Shown here: positions 50,131-59,922 of the stretch, piece by piece
Numbering within the stretch: position 1 is the stretch's first letter
How the letters are laid out: every line of letters starts with the position of its first letter
NCBI GenBank assembly: GCA_050250375.1
Contig: JBFWOS010000003.1
Location: forward strand, 739,359-803,358
Length of the DNA stretch: 64,000 nt
Direction: 5' to 3'
Source: Candidatus Omnitrophota bacterium
GTDB lineage: Bacteria; Omnitrophota; Gorgyraeia; Zapsychrales; Zapsychraceae
Made by a program: the position numbers and the translations under genes
Notes under the pieces: model-generated
Seen by the model: the letters and a program-made list of their open reading frames with translations, nothing else
Told to the model about the DNA's origin: nothing
Databases searched by the model: none

Positions 50131-50146
50131 TGTTTCACGTGAAACA
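50131..50146. promoter_or_regulatory. parS site
   Basis: Perfect palindrome TGTTTCACGTGAAACA just upstream of parA. Confidence 0.95.
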
Positions 50147-50174
50147 AAATCTAACCGAATGATCGTTATTTAAC

Positions 50175-51023
50175 ATGACTAAAATTATATCAGTATGTAA
50201 TCAAAAAGGTGGGACTGGAAAGACAACAACGGTAGTTAATCTATCTGCTGCATTGGCTCAGCTGGGAAAGAAGGTGTTGATAGTAGACGTTGACCCACAG
50301 GGCAATGCAACGAGTGGCGTTGGTGTTAATAAAAGTGAGTTAAATAAAACAATTTATGATCTTTTATTACATAGAGCTGTTACCGATGAGGTTATTGTTA
50401 AAAATGTATATCCGAATTTGGATATTATTCCCTGTAATATAAATTTAACAGGCGCTGAAATCGAATTAGTTGGAGCTATCGCCAGAGAAACACGATTAAA
50501 AAATGCATTAACAGCTATCCAGAACAATTACGATTTTATTTTTACAGATTCCCCGCCGTCCTTAGGTTTATTAACCCTAAATGCCTTAGTTGCTTGTAAT
50601 TCAGTAATAATTCCAATCCAATGTGAGTTTTATGCATTAGAAGGGGTTTCTCAGCTTTTAAATACTCTAAATTTGATAAGAGAGGGGTTAAATCCAAATC
50701 TATCAATAGAGGGTGTTTTATTAACAATGGCAGATTATAGAACAAACTTAACAAACGAAGTAATTAGTGAAATCAAATCTTATTTCAAAGATAAGGTTTA
50801 TACCACCATAATTCCTCGAAATATTCGACTAAGCGAGGCACCAAGTCATGGAAAACCAATTACGGTATATGATGATAATTCTATCGGGGCTATAAGGTAT
50901 GAGGAATTGGCCCAAGAAGTACTTGGTATATCCAGCCATGATCATAAGTCGTTGGAAGAGAATAGCTTAAATAAAAATCGCCAAATCATAAATTTGACGG
51001 AAAAAAATAAAACCAGTAGTTAA
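50175..51023 (+). CDS. parA: Chromosome partitioning ATPase ParA/Soj
   Basis: NQKGGTGKTTT, DPQGNAT, DSPPSLG, QCEFYALEG, RLSEAPSHG. Confidence 0.96.
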   Translation: MTKIISVCNQKGGTGKTTTVVNLSAALAQLGKKVLIVDVDPQGNATSGVGVNKSELNKTIYDLLLHRAVTDEVIVKNVYPNLDIIPCNINLTGAEIELVGAIARETRLKNALTAIQNNYDFIFTDSPPSLGLLTLNALVACNSVIIPIQCEFYALEGVSQLLNTLNLIREGLNPNLSIEGVLLTMADYRTNLTNEVISEIKSYFKDKVYTTIIPRNIRLSEAPSHGKPITVYDDNSIGAIRYEELAQEVLGISSHDHKSLEENSLNKNRQIINLTEKNKTSS

Positions 51024-51068
51024 TTTTGGATTGTTCAGTGGTTCAAATATTGAACAAAGGAGATCTAA

Positions 51069-51944
51069 ATGGAAAATCGAGCTTTAGGAAAAGGGTTGTC
51101 GGCTCTTATTCCCGAGAAAACTAAAGTAACCGCAATGGATCATCCGGTCAATGATGCGAATCAACCAGTTATTCTTGTTAATATAAATTTAATAAATGAC
51201 AATAGGTTACAACCTCGAATTAATTATAATCAGGATCGTCTGGAAGAACTAAAAAATTCTATTAGGGAGCAAGGACTTTTGCAACCTATTTTGGTAAGGA
51301 TCAAGGATAATGGATATGAGGTAATTGCGGGCGAACGACGGCTGAGGGCGGCCCGCTCGTTAAAATTAGAAAAGATACCCGTTATTGTAAAAGACGTTAC
51401 AGACAAAGAGGCCCTGGAAATTGCATTGGTAGAAAATATTCAACGTGAAGAATTGAATCCGATTGAAGAGGCAAAAGCATTTAGAAAACTAATCGATGAA
51501 TTTCAATATACTCAGGAAGAGGTGGCGCAGGCTGTCGGTAAAGATCGGACAACGATTACTAATTTATTGAGAGTTCTTAACCTCCCCGAAAACATTCAGC
51601 AGGGTGTCTTTGATGGAGCGATTAGCGTTGGGCACGCACGGACATTATTAGGGGTTGAATCCGATAGTGAAAAAAACAGGATGTTTGAAAAGATTATTAA
51701 AGAGGCTTTATCGGTTAGAGAGCTTGAAAACATAGTAAAAACTCAGACACAAAATTTTGGTGGTGCCCGGAAAATAAAAAATGAAAAGCAAAAAAATTAT
51801 GAAATTATAAAGCTAGAGGAAGACCTGCAGAAAATTTTAGGAACAAAGGTTAGAGTTGATGCCTCTAAAAAGAGAGGAAAAATAATTATAGAATATTATT
51901 CCTTTGAAGATTTAGAGCGTGTTTTACAATTAATTAGAAAATGA
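51069..51944 (+). CDS. parB: Chromosome partitioning protein ParB
   Basis: LGKGLSALI, QPR, IAGERRLRA, ENIQREELNPIEEA. Confidence 0.97.
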   Translation: MENRALGKGLSALIPEKTKVTAMDHPVNDANQPVILVNINLINDNRLQPRINYNQDRLEELKNSIREQGLLQPILVRIKDNGYEVIAGERRLRAARSLKLEKIPVIVKDVTDKEALEIALVENIQREELNPIEEAKAFRKLIDEFQYTQEEVAQAVGKDRTTITNLLRVLNLPENIQQGVFDGAISVGHARTLLGVESDSEKNRMFEKIIKEALSVRELENIVKTQTQNFGGARKIKNEKQKNYEIIKLEEDLQKILGTKVRVDASKKRGKIIIEYYSFEDLERVLQLIRK

Positions 51945-52444
51945 AAGAACCTGTTTTAGTCATTATTAAACCGGATGGAATTAGTAAAGGCTTAACCGGC
52001 CCCATCTTTACAAAATTCTCACAAGCCGATTTGGAGATTGTTGCAATAAAAATTGCAAAGTCCAACCGGACGCTAATTGAAAAACACTATGATCATTTGA
52101 AAAAAGAACCATTTTTCAATGACGTTATAAGCTATTTGCTTGGAGAAGGTTATAAACGAAAAAAACTCCTGGCCGTTATTTATTACGGTGAAGGTGCAAT
52201 AAAAAAATGCCGTAAGATTGCTGGAGCCACAAATCCAGAAGATGCCCACCCGTTCAGCATTCGCGGATCTTATGGACGAATTACAACAAAAGGTTTGTTT
52301 GAAAATGTGGTTCATGTATCGTCTGATAAAAAAGAAGCAAAAAGAGAGATCAAGCTTTGGTTTGATCCAAACGAAATAACACGAGATTTATATCCCACCG
52401 ATATAATTCGAATATCCAGTTTAAAAAAGCGGATTTGGAAATGA
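51941..52444 (+). CDS. ndk: Nucleoside diphosphate kinase
   Basis: IIKPDG, GATNP, SIRG, NVVH. Confidence 0.92.
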   Translation: MKEPVLVIIKPDGISKGLTGPIFTKFSQADLEIVAIKIAKSNRTLIEKHYDHLKKEPFFNDVISYLLGEGYKRKKLLAVIYYGEGAIKKCRKIAGATNPEDAHPFSIRGSYGRITTKGLFENVVHVSSDKKEAKREIKLWFDPNEITRDLYPTDIIRISSLKKRIWK

Positions 52445-53262
52445 TAAAAGGTATGACAGGATTTGGATGCTCGCAGATAGCATCTGGAGAAATGAAGGCC
52501 ATAGTCGAAATCAAAAGCCTCAACCATCGATATCTTGATATTAATTTTTATTTACCCATTGGCTTTGGGTCTATTGAACAAAGTATACGCCAATTAATCC
52601 AAAAATATATTGAAAGAGGCCGGGTGACTGTATCGATTAAAATTATTGATAAACCCAGTCAAACAATTATTTGTCATAAAGACACAATAAAGAAGCACTT
52701 GAATTATGCAAATCAATTAAAAAAAGAGTTTAATTTAAAAAATGATCTAACGCTTTCGGATATAGTTAAGTTGCCGGGAGTATTTGAAATAAAAGAAACG
52801 TTAATTTATCCGGAACAAATTTGGCCAAGCTTAAATAAGAGCATGACTAAAGCGTTGATTGCTCTTGAGAAAATGCGGAAAAGTGAAGGCCGCAGTCTTT
52901 CCGGCGACGTTTCTGATCAGTTACAGAAAATGAGCGAACAAATTCAAATCATTCTAAAAAAATCAAAAGAATTATTAAAGGAAAAGAAGAAAAAATTAAC
53001 AGCTGAAGAATACACTTCTTATCAAAAAAGTTCCGATATAAATGAAGAAATATCCCGATTAAAACATTATATCGCTGAGGTAAAGATTCTGTTGAAAGCT
53101 AAGATATCCGTCGGGAAAAATGTGGATTTTATCGCTCAAGAAATGCAACGCGAAACAAACACTATTGGCTCCAAACTGCAAGTTACGGCTATATCCAACG
53201 CGGTTATTACATTGAAAAGCAAGATTGAAAAGATCCGCGAGCAAGCGCAAAATATTGAGTAG
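52441..53262 (+). CDS. yicC: YicC/YloC family endoribonuclease
   Basis: MIKGMTGFG (ATG 52441), KSLNHRYLD, QEMQRETNTIGSK, IREQAQNIE. Confidence 0.92.
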   Translation: MIKGMTGFGCSQIASGEMKAIVEIKSLNHRYLDINFYLPIGFGSIEQSIRQLIQKYIERGRVTVSIKIIDKPSQTIICHKDTIKKHLNYANQLKKEFNLKNDLTLSDIVKLPGVFEIKETLIYPEQIWPSLNKSMTKALIALEKMRKSEGRSLSGDVSDQLQKMSEQIQIILKKSKELLKEKKKKLTAEEYTSYQKSSDINEEISRLKHYIAEVKILLKAKISVGKNVDFIAQEMQRETNTIGSKLQVTAISNAVITLKSKIEKIREQAQNIE

Positions 53263-53282
53263 CCGGAAAATTTAAAAACGAT

Positions 53283-53897
53283 ATGTCTAAAAACAAAAAT
53301 AAGGGCAAAATTATTATTTTATCCGGCCCTTCAGGCGCAGGTAAAACCACTCTCTACAAAGACCTTCTTAAAAAAAACAAAAATCTTGTAAAATCTGTTT
53401 CGGCAACGACCCGCCCCATGCGCACGGGTGAAGTTCACAAAAGGGATTATTTTTTTATAAGCTTTAAAATGTTTGCATATAAACTTAAAGCAGGGCACTT
53501 TTTGGAATATGAAAATTTTTTTGGTAATTATTATGGAACTCCGCACAAAGCGGTCCGGAATTTGGTCAGCTTAGGAAAAAACGTTTTGTTGTGTATTGAT
53601 GTTAACGGCGCTAAAAATGTAGTTAAAAAATATCCCAATGCAATTAAAATTTTTATTATGACTCCAACTATCGAAGATTTGAAGCAGCGGTTGCTTAAAA
53701 GAGGGTCGGAAGATTTAAGAACAATAGAAAATCGTTTAAAACGAGTAAAGCAGGAGTTAAACGAGGTAAAGAATTATGAATTTGTCATTGTAAATGACAA
53801 TTTATCCCAAGCCAAATCAAAACTTAATAAAATTATTAAGGGGCAAATAGGGCGTAGTTCAGAGGTAATGATGCGTAAGCCTAGCAAGGACATATAG
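53283..53897 (+). CDS. gmk: Guanylate kinase
   Basis: SGPSGAGKTT, SATTRPMR, YYGTP. Confidence 0.95.
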   Translation: MSKNKNKGKIIILSGPSGAGKTTLYKDLLKKNKNLVKSVSATTRPMRTGEVHKRDYFFISFKMFAYKLKAGHFLEYENFFGNYYGTPHKAVRNLVSLGKNVLLCIDVNGAKNVVKKYPNAIKIFIMTPTIEDLKQRLLKRGSEDLRTIENRLKRVKQELNEVKNYEFVIVNDNLSQAKSKLNKIIKGQIGRSSEVMMRKPSKDI

Positions 53898-53935
53898 TTA
53901 AAAAATATGATTAAATTTGCTTACAGAACTTTCTT

Positions 53936-53964
53936 TTGACAATAGACGTGAGGTGTGTTAAATT
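53936..53964 (+). promoter_or_regulatory. sigma70 promoter of rpoZ
   Basis: TTGACA-N17-TAAATT with an extended -10 TG. Confidence 0.55.
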
Positions 53965-54039
53965 ACTCCCTATTATATTTTTATTATAATAGGTTTTTTT
54001 ATGTAAATTTCATATTGAATTTATAGGAGGCAATTTGCA

Positions 54040-54306
54040 ATGGCACATCAACCGATTGAAGAACTTTTACCAAAATCCGGATACAGCGTATATCGATTAG
54101 TGCGTATGGCTGCAACGCGGGCATTAGAGTTGGCCGATGGCAAACCACCGCTTATTAAAAAGCCCTCAACGGACAAATTAACATCAATTGCGTTGGAAGA
54201 AATTTATCAAGGAAAGATCGAAACCTCAGGAGCTGCTGTAGTGCGGGAAGAAATGGAAAAAAGTCGAAATAGGAATACAAAGGCATCGGAAAGTGAACAA
54301 AAGTAA
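54040..54306 (+). CDS. rpoZ: RNA polymerase omega subunit
   Basis: SVYRLVRMAATRALEL...IALEEI; gmk-rpoZ-coa synteny. Confidence 0.9.
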   Translation: MAHQPIEELLPKSGYSVYRLVRMAATRALELADGKPPLIKKPSTDKLTSIALEEIYQGKIETSGAAVVREEMEKSRNRNTKASESEQK

Positions 54307-54311
54307 AGCCA

Positions 54312-54854
54312 GTGACGAAAAAACAAAGAATTATATTAGGTGTTACGGGAAGTATTGCCGCGTATCGGTCAGCAGATATTGTTAGGGGGTTTATTGAAAA
54401 GGGGTTAAGAGTATCGGTTGTGATGACAAAATCAGCCGAAAACTTTATAACCCCTTTGACATTATCGAGCTTAAGCGGTGAAAAAGTCTATACATCCATG
54501 TTTGACGACTCGATCGATGGTAAAATGATACATATAAATTTAGCTGGTGAGGCGGACGCCTTGCTCATAGCACCGGCAACGGCTGATATTATTGGTAAAT
54601 TATCTAATGGGTTAGCCGACGATCTTTTGACATGCATTGCTCTAGGAACAAAAGCCCCGATACTCTTGGCCCCTGCAATGAATACAGAAATGTATCAGAA
54701 CAAAATTGTCCAGGATAACTGTGCAAAATTGAAAAATTATGGGATGAAATTTATAGATCCTGTAAAAGGTAAATTAGCCTGCGGGGTTACCGGTGAAGGA
54801 CACATTGCGGACCAGCAAACAATTATTAAGGCAGTTCTAGCGGCCTTGAAGTAG
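54312..54854 (+). CDS. coaC: Phosphopantothenoylcysteine decarboxylase (CoaC domain only)
   Basis: LGVTGSIAAY, IAPATA, APAMNTEMY, LACG; ends before any CoaB domain. Confidence 0.9.
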   Translation: MTKKQRIILGVTGSIAAYRSADIVRGFIEKGLRVSVVMTKSAENFITPLTLSSLSGEKVYTSMFDDSIDGKMIHINLAGEADALLIAPATADIIGKLSNGLADDLLTCIALGTKAPILLAPAMNTEMYQNKIVQDNCAKLKNYGMKFIDPVKGKLACGVTGEGHIADQQTIIKAVLAALK

Positions 54855-54859
54855 ATATT

Positions 54860-54934
54860 GGCGTGGTAGCCAAGTGGTAAGGCGGAGGCCTGCAAAGCCT
54901 TTATTCACCGGTTCGATTCCGGTCCACGCCTCCA
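54860..54934 (+). tRNA. tRNA-Cys(GCA)
   Basis: GGCGTGG...CCACGCC-TCCA; anticodon loop ctGCAaa. Confidence 0.95.
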
Positions 54935-54948
54935 TATTTGAAGCTGTT

Positions 54949-55031
54949 GGGCAAGTGGTGGAATGGCATACACGTTGGACTTAAAATCCAATGGCCGTAA
55001 GGCTGTGTGGGTTCGACTCCCACCTTGCCCA
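54949..55031 (+). tRNA. tRNA-Leu(TAA), CCA not encoded
   Basis: GGGCAAG...CTTGCCC-A; anticodon loop ctTAAaa; long variable arm. Confidence 0.93.
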
Positions 55032-55184
55032 TTTATATTTGTTTGCAAGAGTGGCAAACAAAACTATGACAACATAGGGCTTTCTCAAAATTTATTATAT
55101 CTGATATCGTTTTGTAATTAAAAGCGGGGGTGTTCCCGGCCAAATATATAAATTTTTATGAAAAAATGTAAACAATAAAAATAT

Positions 55185-55261
55185 GGACCCGTAGCTCAGT
55201 TGGTTAGAGTGTTACCTTGACATGGTAAAGGTCAGAGGTTCGAGCCCTCTCGGGTCCACCA
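55185..55261 (+). tRNA. tRNA-Val(GAC)
   Basis: GGACCCG...CGGGTCC-ACCA; anticodon loop ttGACat. Confidence 0.95.
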
Positions 55262-55282
55262 TTTATAAAGGGAGAATATAAG

Positions 55283-55843
55283 ATGAAATTAAAATTAATT
55301 TGTTTGTTAATGGTGCTGAGTTTAGGCTGTATCGCTAAGGATGGATTTTGCGATGAGGTTTCGAAAAGAGAGAAAACAGAAAAACTTTTAATTTTGTTAA
55401 AAGTCGATCAGCAAATGGCTGTAACAAACGAACGGATGAAATTGACCGCGAAACGACAGCTGAGTGCATCTAACTTGCCTCAGAATTTACTGGAAAGAAT
55501 GGAGAAAATTTTTGATAAACAATTTGATCTTATTGCGCAAGCGACGAGTTGGGAATTAACCAAGAATGAACTTATTGGGGCGTATTCAACTGTTTTTACG
55601 GAAGAAGAAATTGAAAATTTAAATAATTTTTATGAAAGTGACCTCGGGCGAAAACTTGTAGAAAAATTACCTGAGCTTTTTACAAAAGGAATGGAAATCG
55701 GTCAGGAAAAGTTATTGGCAAAACAGTCCGAAATTCAGAAAACGATGATGGAAGAGTGGGTTAAATTTGAAGCCTCCTTGACCGAAGAAGAACGAAAACT
55801 ATTTCAAATGAATTCAGTGCCCGCTAATGGAATGCAAAACTGA
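55283..55843 (+). CDS. DUF2059 domain exported protein
   Basis: Signal peptide; YSTVFTEEEIENLNNFYESDLGRKLVEKLP. Confidence 0.8.
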   Translation: MKLKLICLLMVLSLGCIAKDGFCDEVSKREKTEKLLILLKVDQQMAVTNERMKLTAKRQLSASNLPQNLLERMEKIFDKQFDLIAQATSWELTKNELIGAYSTVFTEEEIENLNNFYESDLGRKLVEKLPELFTKGMEIGQEKLLAKQSEIQKTMMEEWVKFEASLTEEERKLFQMNSVPANGMQN

Positions 55844-57560
55844 TTTAGATAAGTTAAGACACAGCTGTTCGCATATAATGGCCCAGGCTGTACAGGAAAT
55901 TTGGCCGGAAACAAAAGTGACGATTGGCCCCGCTATTGATAACGGTTTCTATTATGATTTTGATAAAAAAGATCCATTCACGGATCAAGATCTTAAAAAA
56001 ATAGAAAAGCGGATGCGAAAAATAATTGAACGTAAACCGGCGTTTAAACAAACTTTCATGCCGAGGCAAGAGGCGATTTCATTTTTTAAAGAAAAGGCCC
56101 AGCCTTACAAAGTTGAGCTCATTGAAAATTTGGAAGATAGTGAAGTATCTATATTTCATACTGGTGAGGAGTGGTTGGATTTATGTAAGGGTCCTCATAT
56201 TGAAAATGCCGGAGCCATTAAGGCATTTAAGCTGCTGTCGGTAGCAGGGGCGTATTGGCGGGGTGATGTCAATAAACCCCAGCTTCAACGGATATATGGC
56301 ACGGCCTTTTTTTCTCAGGAAGAACTGGATGCTTACCTTAAGCTTTTGGAAGAAGCCCAAAAAAGGGATCATAGGAAATTAGGTCCTCAGCTAGATCTTT
56401 ACAATATTTATCAGGAATCCGCAGGCGCCGGCTTGATTTTTTACCCGCCGGCAGGGGCAACCTTACGAAATACTATTGAGAATTATGTGCGGGAAGAAAA
56501 TATAAAAAGAGGGTATGAATTGGTTATAACCCCCCATTTGTTACGAGGAAAATTGTGGGATAAAAGCGGTCATTCAGGACATTATAGGGAAAACATGTAT
56601 TATCTTGATATTGATAACGAAGAATACGCCGTAAAACCAATGAATTGCCCCGGCCATAATTTAATATATAACTCAAAAGTACGCTCTTATAGAGAGTTGC
56701 CGATTCGGTTTTTTGAATTGGGAACGGTTTATCGTCAAGAAAAGGCCGGAGTTTTACATGGGCTTTTGCGCGTGCGCGGATTTACCCAAGATGATGCCCA
56801 CATTTATTGCCGTGAAGATCAATTGAAAGATGAAATAAAAAATGTTATCGATTTTGTTTTTAGCATTTCGAATGATTTTGGATTTAAAGATATAGAAATT
56901 GAATTGAGTACACAACCTGAAAAATTTATCGGAGAACAAAAGAATTGGGATCATGCTACAAAAACATTAAAGGAATCGTTAGAGGAAAAGGAAATTAAAT
57001 ATAAAATCAATGAAGGTGACGGGGCGTTTTACGGACCGAAAATAGATTTCAAATTAAGGGACGCATTAAATCGTGAGTGGCAATGTGCAACGATACAGTG
57101 TGATTTTTCATTGCCGGAACGATTCGATTTAACTTATGTAAATGAAGAAGGAAATCGAGTGCGTCCGATAATGATCCATCGGGCAATATTAGGAAGCGTC
57201 GAAAGATTTATAGGAACCTTGATTGAACATTTTGCCGGGGCGTTTCCTTTATGGTTGGCGCCAACCCAAGTTTTGATCGTACCCATTAGAGATGAGCATG
57301 TTGCATATGCGACGCTTCTAAAAGGAGATTTACAAAATAAAGGATTTAGAGTTATAATTGATCAGCGCAATGAAAGCCTTAACAAAAAAATTAGAGAAGG
57401 AACGATGAAAAAAATCCCATATTTGTTAATTATTGGGGATAAAGAAGTTAGTGAGCAGAGAGTTTCAATTAGAAAATATGCTGAGCAGGGCGATACTGAG
57501 ATTATGTCGATTGAAGAGCTGACTGAGTGTATGTTAAGTGAACTAAAAAATAAAAAATAA
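55827..57560 (+). CDS. thrS: Threonine--tRNA ligase (short form, no N-terminal TGS domain)
   Basis: LRHSCSHIMAQAV, DLCKGPH, RDHRKLG, KPMNCPGH, GAFYGPKID. Confidence 0.98.
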   Translation: MECKTDLDKLRHSCSHIMAQAVQEIWPETKVTIGPAIDNGFYYDFDKKDPFTDQDLKKIEKRMRKIIERKPAFKQTFMPRQEAISFFKEKAQPYKVELIENLEDSEVSIFHTGEEWLDLCKGPHIENAGAIKAFKLLSVAGAYWRGDVNKPQLQRIYGTAFFSQEELDAYLKLLEEAQKRDHRKLGPQLDLYNIYQESAGAGLIFYPPAGATLRNTIENYVREENIKRGYELVITPHLLRGKLWDKSGHSGHYRENMYYLDIDNEEYAVKPMNCPGHNLIYNSKVRSYRELPIRFFELGTVYRQEKAGVLHGLLRVRGFTQDDAHIYCREDQLKDEIKNVIDFVFSISNDFGFKDIEIELSTQPEKFIGEQKNWDHATKTLKESLEEKEIKYKINEGDGAFYGPKIDFKLRDALNREWQCATIQCDFSLPERFDLTYVNEEGNRVRPIMIHRAILGSVERFIGTLIEHFAGAFPLWLAPTQVLIVPIRDEHVAYATLLKGDLQNKGFRVIIDQRNESLNKKIREGTMKKIPYLLIIGDKEVSEQRVSIRKYAEQGDTEIMSIEELTECMLSELKNKK

Positions 57561-57576
57561 TTACGGAGGTGTGGCT

Positions 57577-58095
57577 ATTAGAAAGTTTACAAGAATTAAT
57601 GATCGGATTAAGGCCCAGGAGGTTCGGGTTATAGGCCCGGATTCTGAACAATTAGGCGTAGTAGTTTTAAGCCGTGCGTTGGTTTTGGCTCAAGAACATG
57701 AGCTTGATTTGGTTGAGATTGCTCCGACAGCAAACCCGCCTGTTTGCCGAATAATGGATTATAGTAAATTTAAGTATGATCAGGAGAAAAAAGAACGGCG
57801 GATAAAAAAGAACCAACATGTGACGCATTTGAAACAAATCAGACTGAAGCCGCATATCGGAGAGTCGGATTATCAAATAAAGCTTAGACAAGCTATAAAC
57901 TTTTTAAAGAAAAAAGATAAAGTAAAGGCTAATATGTTTTTCCGGGGGCGTGAATTGATGCATAGGGATTTGGGCAAGGAAATATTAGACCGTCTAATTA
58001 AGGACATAGCTGAACACGGGACACCCGAAAAATCCCCATCAATGGAGGGGAAGGTCATGTCCGTGTTATTTAATCCACTTACGGAAAAAAAATAA
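57577..58095 (+). CDS. infC: Translation initiation factor IF-3 (probable ATT start)
   Basis: RINDRI, LDLVEIAP, PPVCRIMDY; SD GGAGGT is 6 nt before in-frame ATT but abuts the GTG at 57571. Confidence 0.95.
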   Translation: MRKFTRINDRIKAQEVRVIGPDSEQLGVVVLSRALVLAQEHELDLVEIAPTANPPVCRIMDYSKFKYDQEKKERRIKKNQHVTHLKQIRLKPHIGESDYQIKLRQAINFLKKKDKVKANMFFRGRELMHRDLGKEILDRLIKDIAEHGTPEKSPSMEGKVMSVLFNPLTEKK

Positions 58096-58175
58096 TTTTG
58101 CATATTAACCACAGGGGTTTCCCATGACAGCGTTTTTATGCGTATTATGAAAAGTTTAGAAAGAGAGGATAAAAA

Positions 58176-58373
58176 ATGCCAAAATTGAAAACAAATAAAT
58201 CTGCGGCGAAGCGGTTTAAAATTACCAAAACAGGTAAGCTTAAGAAAAGAAGCGCTCGTCGGGGACATATTTTAGGAAAAATGACTCGAAAATCAAAAAG
58301 AAAATTGCGTCAGAGCGGATATGTTTCAAAAGTAGATGCAAAAAGGATAAGGAGGTTGTTGCCATATGGTTAG
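58176..58373 (+). CDS. rpmI: 50S ribosomal protein L35
   Basis: MPKLKTNKSAAKRFKITKTGK. Confidence 0.97.
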   Translation: MPKLKTNKSAAKRFKITKTGKLKKRSARRGHILGKMTRKSKRKLRQSGYVSKVDAKRIRRLLPYG

Positions 58374-58764
58374 GATTAAAACATCTGTTGCCTCGCACAG
58401 AAGAAAAAAGCGTGTATTAAAGGAAGCAAAGGGACAATTTGGCCATCGAAGTCGACGATACCTTCAAGCAAAAAGATCCGTTATTAAAGGGTTAGTCTAT
58501 GAATATCGCGACAGGAAAGTAAAAAAACGTGAATTCAAGCGGCTCTGGATTATTCGTATTAACGCGGCTTGTCAGGAGTCAGGCATAAAATATAGTCGGT
58601 TTATTAAAGGTCTGACGGATGCAAAAGTAGAAGTTAACCGAAAAGTAATTGCTGAATTAGCGGTAAGTTCTCCAGACGCTTTTAAAAAACTTGTTACTAT
58701 TGCCCAAGAAGCAAAACCTGAAAAAATGGTCAATAAAGAAAAGAAACAAAAAGTAACAAGTTAA
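58366..58764 (+). CDS. rplT: 50S ribosomal protein L20
   Basis: YRDRKVKKREFKRLWIIRINAA. Confidence 0.97.
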   Translation: MVRIKTSVASHRRKKRVLKEAKGQFGHRSRRYLQAKRSVIKGLVYEYRDRKVKKREFKRLWIIRINAACQESGIKYSRFIKGLTDAKVEVNRKVIAELAVSSPDAFKKLVTIAQEAKPEKMVNKEKKQKVTS

Positions 58765-58788
58765 CGCATAAATTAGTTAGAATAAATT

Positions 58789-58822
58789 AAATTGGGCCCT
58801 TAATATAGGGCCCAATTTTATT
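58789..58822 (+). terminator. Terminator after rplT
   Basis: aaattgggccct-taatat-agggcccaattt followed by a T-rich tail. Confidence 0.8.
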
Positions 58823-58908
58823 ATTAAAATTATTTGCAAGAATCGAAACATTTCCATCCATGGCGTACCTCGCGGGGATTTCAAATAATAATTTAAATAG
58901 AGACTAAG

Positions 58909-59919
58909 ATGCTTTGGGATTTTGAAAAAATAAAATTGGATATAAATAAAGAGGCCCAATCGCTTTCCAACGATCAGGATTTAGAAACATTCAGAATTAA
59001 ATATCTTGGAAAAAAAGGACTTATTCAGGATATATATGCCTCTTTAGTTAAAGTCTCAAATGAAGAAAAGCCTTTATTGGGGAAGAGCGCAAATGAAATC
59101 AAACTTCTAGCAAATTCTTTGCTGGAAGAAAAGAAACAAGCCATAAAGGCCAATCAATCACGTCTCCAGAATTATACCATTGATCCAACAATTCCAGGAG
59201 TGGCGCAGGCCATAGGACATAAACACATCCTGACTCAGACCATTGAAGAAATATGCCAAATTTTTGAAAAATTAGGATTCGTCATTCAAGAAGGTCCTGA
59301 AATAGAAACAGAGTTTAATAATTTTACAGCGTTGAATATACCCGAAGATCATCCTTCCCGTGATGGATTTGATACATTTTATACGAACGTTCATGACCCT
59401 CAGAATAAGAACCGTCATTTGTTATTGAGAAGCCACACATCTCCAGGACAAATTCGCATCATGAAAGAATACAATCCGCCGTTAGCGGTCATAATACCCG
59501 GTAAGGTTTATCGTCCGGATGCGGTTGATGCCAGTCATTCATTTATGTTTCATCAGATTGAAGGGTTATTGGTGGATAAAGATGTAAAATTTTCCGATTT
59601 AAAGGGACTTCTATCGAGCTTTTGTAAAAGTCTTTTCGGGAAAGATATCAAGATGCGTTTTCGACCGCATTTTTTTCCATTTACTGAGCCATCAGCCGAA
59701 GTTGACATTTCATGGAAGGGCGGAAAAAAAGAATGGCTGGAAATAATGGGGTGCGGGATGGTTCATCCAAAAGTATTTGAATACGCTGGCTATCCTAAGG
59801 GAAAATATACTGGTTTGGCTTTTGGGTTGGGCGTGGAACGGATGACAATGCTTAAATACGGAATTAATGATATAAGATTGTTTTATGAAAATGATAAACG
59901 TTTTTTGGAGCAGTTTTGA
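58909..59919 (+). CDS. pheS: Phenylalanine--tRNA ligase alpha subunit
   Basis: LLRSHTSPGQ, FHQIEGL, FPFTEPSAE, AFGLGVER. Confidence 0.98.
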   Translation: MLWDFEKIKLDINKEAQSLSNDQDLETFRIKYLGKKGLIQDIYASLVKVSNEEKPLLGKSANEIKLLANSLLEEKKQAIKANQSRLQNYTIDPTIPGVAQAIGHKHILTQTIEEICQIFEKLGFVIQEGPEIETEFNNFTALNIPEDHPSRDGFDTFYTNVHDPQNKNRHLLLRSHTSPGQIRIMKEYNPPLAVIIPGKVYRPDAVDASHSFMFHQIEGLLVDKDVKFSDLKGLLSSFCKSLFGKDIKMRFRPHFFPFTEPSAEVDISWKGGKKEWLEIMGCGMVHPKVFEYAGYPKGKYTGLAFGLGVERMTMLKYGINDIRLFYENDKRFLEQF

Positions 59920-59922
59920 GAG

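Noticed and set aside
58820-58908. T-box or pheM-type attenuator before pheS
   Set aside because: The gap is too short for a T-box, and no T-box sequence or Phe-rich leader ORF was seen.
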